NCBI GenBank assembly: GCA_903884815.1 | Contig: CAISGE010000032.1 | Span: 69,978 to 133,977 of the forward strand | DNA: 64,000 nt | DNA from: Candidatus Omnitrophota bacterium | GTDB lineage: Bacteria > Omnitrophota > Omnitrophia > Omnitrophales > Aquincolibacteriaceae | Direction: 5' to 3' | Shown here: positions 59,266 through 64,000 of the stretch, in pieces | Layout: every line of letters starts with the position of its first letter | Position numbering within the stretch: position 1 is the first letter of the stretch | Notes under the pieces: generated by a model | Databases searched by the model: none | What the model was told of the DNA's origin: nothing | What the model saw: only the letters and a program-made list of their open reading frames with translations | Position numbers and translations under genes: made by a program

Positions 59266-62200
59266 ATGATTTTGAAATTGATAAGTATTGGGATGACGAT
59301 TATTTTTGCCTGGTCGATTGTGATCACCCCCGCTATGGCGGAAACTTTGAAGTTCGAAGGCGGGACCGGGGATGTCAAGGTGCAGGACAATGTCACGAAC
59401 TGGGATGTGACGGGGAATCCTGTGTGGAATCTTCCAGAGTTCAATGTGGGGCAGAATAGTATCTACAACATTAAGGGCATCGGATCGGGCGCGAGCTTGG
59501 CGCTTCTGGTGAACGGCGGATCTGCTTCCAATGTTTTCGGCACCATGAATCTGAGTAACCTTGCTTTCATCCTCCAGAATATTGCCGGCATCAATATCGG
59601 AAATACAGGCGCCATTCATCTTAACAATGCTTCGCTTATTGCTTCGACTCTGCCGCTCAATCTGAAGAGCACGGACTTTCTCACGGGGGACTATCAATTC
59701 AGCGGCGAGGGCAAGCTTTTATCCAATGCCGGGGGGATCACGGGAGGTATGGGCGATGTGGTCGCCCTGGTCGCGAACGCGATCAAAAACTCCGGGACAA
59801 TAGAAGTGCCCATGGGTACCGTGGCGCTTGCCGCGGGGAAAACGGTGACCGTTGGGATTTCACCCGATGGAATGGTGAGTATTGGCGTCGATGAAGCGAC
59901 CGCGAATTCCCTTGGTCTCAAGGATCAGATCAAGAACACGGGAGCGATCACGGCGGATGGCGGGAGGGTGCTCTTGAATGCCAAGGCCGTGGATGGGCTA
60001 TACGATAAAGCAATAAACATTCAAAGAGATGCCAGTGCTGTTACGGTGGTCCGGGCGGATAATGGAACGATCGAATTCAAATCGCTGGGTGATATTTACA
60101 ACGATGCCTTGATCCAGGCCACCAAGGGACAGGTCGAAATGACTTCGGAGCGGGGAGCCGTCACGAACGCTGGGACGGTCGATGCCACCAAGGGGCGTCT
60201 CGATATCAAGGCCCGGGACGATATTTTAAACGAGGCTCTCATCAAGGCTTCGGAGGGTAAGGTGTTCTTCGATTCGTCACAGGGGGGTATTAAAAACTCC
60301 GGGGAGCTTGAGGCCTCCAAAGGAAGTATCGAGATGAAGGCCCAAGGCGATATTGAGACGATGGGGAATCTCGAAGCCGCTTACTTGCGTGAGAAGGCGG
60401 CGGCTTTCCGGATCAGCGGAGGTTATCACGTTAAGCAAGCCACGCATGACAATCTGGATCATGCAATCACCTTCAATGCGAATGCCACGGTGAGCGGTTC
60501 CGAAGATGGTTCTTCGGCGGACGGTATTATCTCGGACAATGAAAACATAGTAGTGAATGCCGGAGTCACGCTGACGCTCGGTAGTGATTTCACGTTCATC
60601 GCGGATGCGAATGCCGACGGAACCGGTGCTCTTTTGATGGATTCGACGGCGACGATCAACGGCGGAGCGAGTCATTACAATTTGACGCTGAAGGCAAGTA
60701 AAACTGCCACGGGAGGGAATTCCACGATCGGGAAAGTAACGGATATCGGAAATCTTATGCTGGATGCCCAAACTCCAGGAGCAACTTACCAAGTTCGAAA
60801 TGCCGTTTCGATGGCGGGAAATCTCGTCGTGAATAGCGGCGCGACCTTGACCGGGGGCTATAGCGTGACGGTGGGTGGCGGTAGCGTTACGGGAAATGGA
60901 AGAATCAATATGACGGGCGGAACATTCCTCGTGGATGGTGACGGTAACTTTGGCGGTACCACGGATTGGAATTTTTGGAGGCTTTATTTCGGGGATGGAA
61001 CAGGAGATGCGGTGACGCGTAAACAGGGCCCGAATAAAGTGACCGCGCTCACGGAACTTAAGATCGCTCCCCATCAGGAATTAAAAGCAGGCACGAGCGA
61101 CTGGGATCTTTCATGGGGAGGCGGTTATCTTACCGACGTGCTTCAAATCGTGGCCGGAGGAGAATTTGTTCTCGCCCTTTTGTCGGATGGAACTCTCCGA
61201 AGTTGGGGGTATAACGCATTCGGCCAATTAGGGGATGGGGCGACTTACACTGATAGCAATATTCCCGTGACTGTTTTTGGACTCTCCGGGATCAAAAGCA
61301 TTGCCGCCGGATTACGGCATGGTTTGGCGCTTAAAGAGGACGGAACCGTTTATAGCTGGGGATGGAATAATTATGGTCAGCTTGGACGCAATGTTGGCGG
61401 GGCTAATTTTTCGAATACTCCAGGGATCGTTCGTGCGGTGGGCGATCTCACCGATGCCTTGGGCGGATTGAAAGGAGTGGAAAGTATCGCAGCCGGCGAT
61501 TATCACTCGCTGGCCCTTTTTTCGGGAAGCAAGACAGTTTGCGCCTGGGGCTCGAATGGGTGGGGTCAGCTTGGAATCGGCGATGCGGCTATCACTGATT
61601 CCGCGGCTCCGGTGATGGTGGCAGATCTTGCGGGTGTTGCGGCCATCGCAAGTGGAGGAAAATCGTCCCTGGCGCTTTTATCCAACGGGACTTTGAAAAG
61701 TTGGGGGGCTAATTCCAGCGGCCAATTGGGGGATGGGACTTTTGACGATCAGTACGCCCCCGTAGCCGTCAGAAATCAGAATAATGACGATAGCCTTTCT
61801 CATGTAACTAGCATTTCAGTGGGATATGAATTTGCGATGGCTCTTCTGGAAAACGGGACCGTTGTGACTTGGGGGAGCAATTCAAAGGGGCAGTTAGGGA
61901 ATGGTAGTGGGGAGAATAGTTCGTTGCCTGTAACCGTTGCGAGTTTGACCGGTGTGGAAAAAATCTCTGCAGGGAGCAATCACGCTTTTGCGATCCTCGC
62001 GAATGGATCCGTGAAAGGCTGGGGTCTCAATGAATATTCTCAATTAGGAGACGGCACTGGCTTGGATCACGCCACTCCCGTGGATGTGCCCCCTCTTCCC
62101 AGGGTTCTCAGTATCGTGGGGGGGAATCAGTTCTCCGCGGCGCTCATGAACGATGGTTCGGTTAAAACCTGGGGTGATAACTGGAACGGGCAGTTGGGGA

Positions 62201-64000
62201 ACAATTCGTGGACGAACTCCCTAACACCTGTCTTTGCTTTTTCGGGATTCGATGAGACACGGCTCACCAATATTTCTCAGATCTCTGCGGGAATTTATCA
62301 CAGTCTCGCCCTTAAAAGTGACGGATCTCGTGTCTACGCATGGGGAGAAGGAACCCTCGGACAACTGGGGAACGGGACATGGACAAGCTCAAGTACACCG
62401 GTGGAGGTGCTTAATGAGGACGGGACCGGTTATTTGTCTAATGTCGCAAGCATTTCAGCGGGCTCGTACCATTCTCTGGCGCGGCTTAAGGACGGGACCG
62501 TCAGGAGTTGGGGCGACAACGAATTCGGACAATTGGGCAACGGGAAGAGTGGGGCGACAGAGAAGAGTTCCAAACCGGTCGTAGTGACGGGACTGTCGGG
62601 GGTTTCAGACATTGCCGCCGGAGGATTTTTCTCTCTCGCGATTCTTGCTCAAGGGACGGTGAGCATCGCGGATGATACTGTTTGGAGTTGGGGGTCGAAT
62701 CGATATGGTCAACTCGGGAACGGCACGGAAGTAGACAGTTCTGTTCCCGTTCAGGTGCATGGTGTGGGTGATAGCGGATTCCTCACCGGAGTTTCCGACA
62801 TTGCGGCGGGATGGTTCCATTCATTGGCCCTTTTGTCGGATGGCGCCGTGAATAGCTGGGGCCGGAATAATTACGGGCAGCTTGGTAACGGCATTTACGC
62901 GAATAGTCCTACCCCCGTTTTTGTGAAGAATACTGACGGGAGTGGAAACCTTTCCGGAGCGAAGGCTATTGCCGCCGGCGCTTATCACTCCTTAGCCATT
63001 ACAGATGCCGGAACTCCTCTGGATCTAAGCGACGACTTTGTTCAGTCTTGGGGATTTAATGGCTACGGAGAATTGGGGAACCCTGGGGGTGAGAGTCCTC
63101 TTCCTGTGACAGCCTTGGGGACGACCGGGGCGCGAACCATCAGTGCGGGAGGTTATAAGTCTTTTGCGATCATGGGCGATGGCACTGTGTACGGTTGGGG
63201 GGATAACAATAACGGGGATCTTGGGGGCGGAGGCGGGGTGACTGGTTTTTCGTCTCTTAACGAGCCCGTAGTGCTTCCCAACTATGCGACAGCTACCGCC
63301 TTGGTCGGGGGGTGGGGGCATTCGATGGGCCTTTTTCCGGACCACACAGTGAAAAGCTCGGGGCTTAACGCTAGTTGGCAGCTTGGGATTAACTCCGATG
63401 ATATGTATTCGGCGACGCCCCAAAATGTGAAAGTGCTTGCTCATGCTCCGTTTACGGTCGAGGGTACTTTTACCGCGGAGGATTCCACCTTCCTTTACAC
63501 CGGGGACTACGGTTTCGGTCGCGTCGTCGTGACAGAGATTGCTGATGTTCAGTATAACAATCTTATTTTACAGGGGCAGCTTGCGGATTACATGGTCGAC
63601 CGGACGTTTCAATCGCTGACGATCGAAGATCTGAATCGCATGGCGCGAGGGCGTTGGGCGGTGCTGGGGGATTCTCTTAAGTCGACTGATATTGCTATGA
63701 AGGGAGATAATCCGACCACAAAGAGATTTGATGCTAACTCCAACTTTTTTAATCCGCGGATCACTCCGACATTGGAGACGATCGTGACCGTTGTTGAAGG
63801 GGCTGTTTACATCGTGGACGGGGCCAATGAGACGTCACTTCTCAAGCAAGGCGAATCCCTGAAAGTGGGTTATAAAGAAAAAAAGAAAGAGTTGGAGGGA
63901 TCAAGGCCCAAGCCGCCCCATGGGAAGCCGGCAGTGGTTTCTCCCCCGGCTGTTCCTCCCGGGCAAGATCTTGCCGTGAAAAAGCCTGCCGTTCCTGTCG
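59266..64000 (+). CDS. Giant exported protein: FHA/TPS-like N-terminus, beta-helix and 14 RCC1 repeats; 3' end outside window
   Basis: Absent from the ORF track because it has no stop. ATG 59266 gives MILKLISIG...PAMA signal peptide, then FNV, S.V.G, QNIAGI, IASTL, I.N.G.I; 14 copies of (W)G.N..GQLG at ~61140-63440; at least 1578 codons. Confidence 0.9.
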   Translation, partial: MILKLISIGMTIIFAWSIVITPAMAETLKFEGGTGDVKVQDNVTNWDVTGNPVWNLPEFNVGQNSIYNIKGIGSGASLALLVNGGSASNVFGTMNLSNLAFILQNIAGINIGNTGAIHLNNASLIASTLPLNLKSTDFLTGDYQFSGEGKLLSNAGGITGGMGDVVALVANAIKNSGTIEVPMGTVALAAGKTVTVGISPDGMVSIGVDEATANSLGLKDQIKNTGAITADGGRVLLNAKAVDGLYDKAINIQRDASAVTVVRADNGTIEFKSLGDIYNDALIQATKGQVEMTSERGAVTNAGTVDATKGRLDIKARDDILNEALIKASEGKVFFDSSQGGIKNSGELEASKGSIEMKAQGDIETMGNLEAAYLREKAAAFRISGGYHVKQATHDNLDHAITFNANATVSGSEDGSSADGIISDNENIVVNAGVTLTLGSDFTFIADANADGTGALLMDSTATINGGASHYNLTLKASKTATGGNSTIGKVTDIGNLMLDAQTPGATYQVRNAVSMAGNLVVNSGATLTGGYSVTVGGGSVTGNGRINMTGGTFLVDGDGNFGGTTDWNFWRLYFGDGTGDAVTRKQGPNKVTALTELKIAPHQELKAGTSDWDLSWGGGYLTDVLQIVAGGEFVLALLSDGTLRSWGYNAFGQLGDGATYTDSNIPVTVFGLSGIKSIAAGLRHGLALKEDGTVYSWGWNNYGQLGRNVGGANFSNTPGIVRAVGDLTDALGGLKGVESIAAGDYHSLALFSGSKTVCAWGSNGWGQLGIGDAAITDSAAPVMVADLAGVAAIASGGKSSLALLSNGTLKSWGANSSGQLGDGTFDDQYAPVAVRNQNNDDSLSHVTSISVGYEFAMALLENGTVVTWGSNSKGQLGNGSGENSSLPVTVASLTGVEKISAGSNHAFAILANGSVKGWGLNEYSQLGDGTGLDHATPVDVPPLPRVLSIVGGNQFSAALMNDGSVKTWGDNWNGQLGNNSWTNSLTPVFAFSGFDETRLTNISQISAGIYHSLALKSDGSRVYAWGEGTLGQLGNGTWTSSSTPVEVLNEDGTGYLSNVASISAGSYHSLARLKDGTVRSWGDNEFGQLGNGKSGATEKSSKPVVVTGLSGVSDIAAGGFFSLAILAQGTVSIADDTVWSWGSNRYGQLGNGTEVDSSVPVQVHGVGDSGFLTGVSDIAAGWFHSLALLSDGAVNSWGRNNYGQLGNGIYANSPTPVFVKNTDGSGNLSGAKAIAAGAYHSLAITDAGTPLDLSDDFVQSWGFNGYGELGNPGGESPLPVTALGTTGARTISAGGYKSFAIMGDGTVYGWGDNNNGDLGGGGGVTGFSSLNEPVVLPNYATATALVGGWGHSMGLFPDHTVKSSGLNASWQLGINSDDMYSATPQNVKVLAHAPFTVEGTFTAEDSTFLYTGDYGFGRVVVTEIADVQYNNLILQGQLADYMVDRTFQSLTIEDLNRMARGRWAVLGDSLKSTDIAMKGDNPTTKRFDANSNFFNPRITPTLETIVTVVEGAVYIVDGANETSLLKQGESLKVGYKEKKKELEGSRPKPPHGKPAVVSPPAVPPGQDLAVKKPAVPV

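Noticed and set aside
59016-63444. Short ORFs in the track across 59-63.4 kb
   Set aside because: Those beyond 59266 overlap the single long frame-1 ORF, which has clear repeat motifs; those in the leader lack coding features.

Overview
Bacterial chromosomal segment from a moderately GC-rich diderm (porin, LptF/G, DsbD). Gene content suggests a PVC-superphylum organism, possibly Omnitrophota; this is an inference. It has four parts: (i) folB and RNA-modification genes (rlmD-like, trmB, rluB-like); (ii) a 20-gene, ~21 kb sulfur-assimilation and Cys/Met island (3795-25090) with two Rrf2 regulators, a YezD-like small protein, a porin, sbp-cysTWA, cysH-cysD-cysN, cobA, sulfite reductase and a TPR-fused DsrL/GltD-like flavoprotein; (iii) housekeeping genes (queF, tpx, dsbD, tilS, tRNA-CAU, ftsH, folP, yebC-ruvCAB, cdaA-cdaR, pdxJ, nnrD, an atypical EF-P) mixed with exported hypotheticals; (iv) the first ~1578 codons of a giant exported protein with an FHA-like domain and 14 RCC1 repeats, which runs off the window. 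No transposase, integrase, prophage or CRISPR array was seen. Best novelty leads: four sulfur-island proteins with CysK-docking-like C-terminal Ile tails; a duplicated small hairpin motif after the YezD-like gene; a DsrL-like electron donor next to an assimilatory sulfite reductase; and a dispersed family of 7-nt-periodic inverted-repeat elements, some inside coding sequence.
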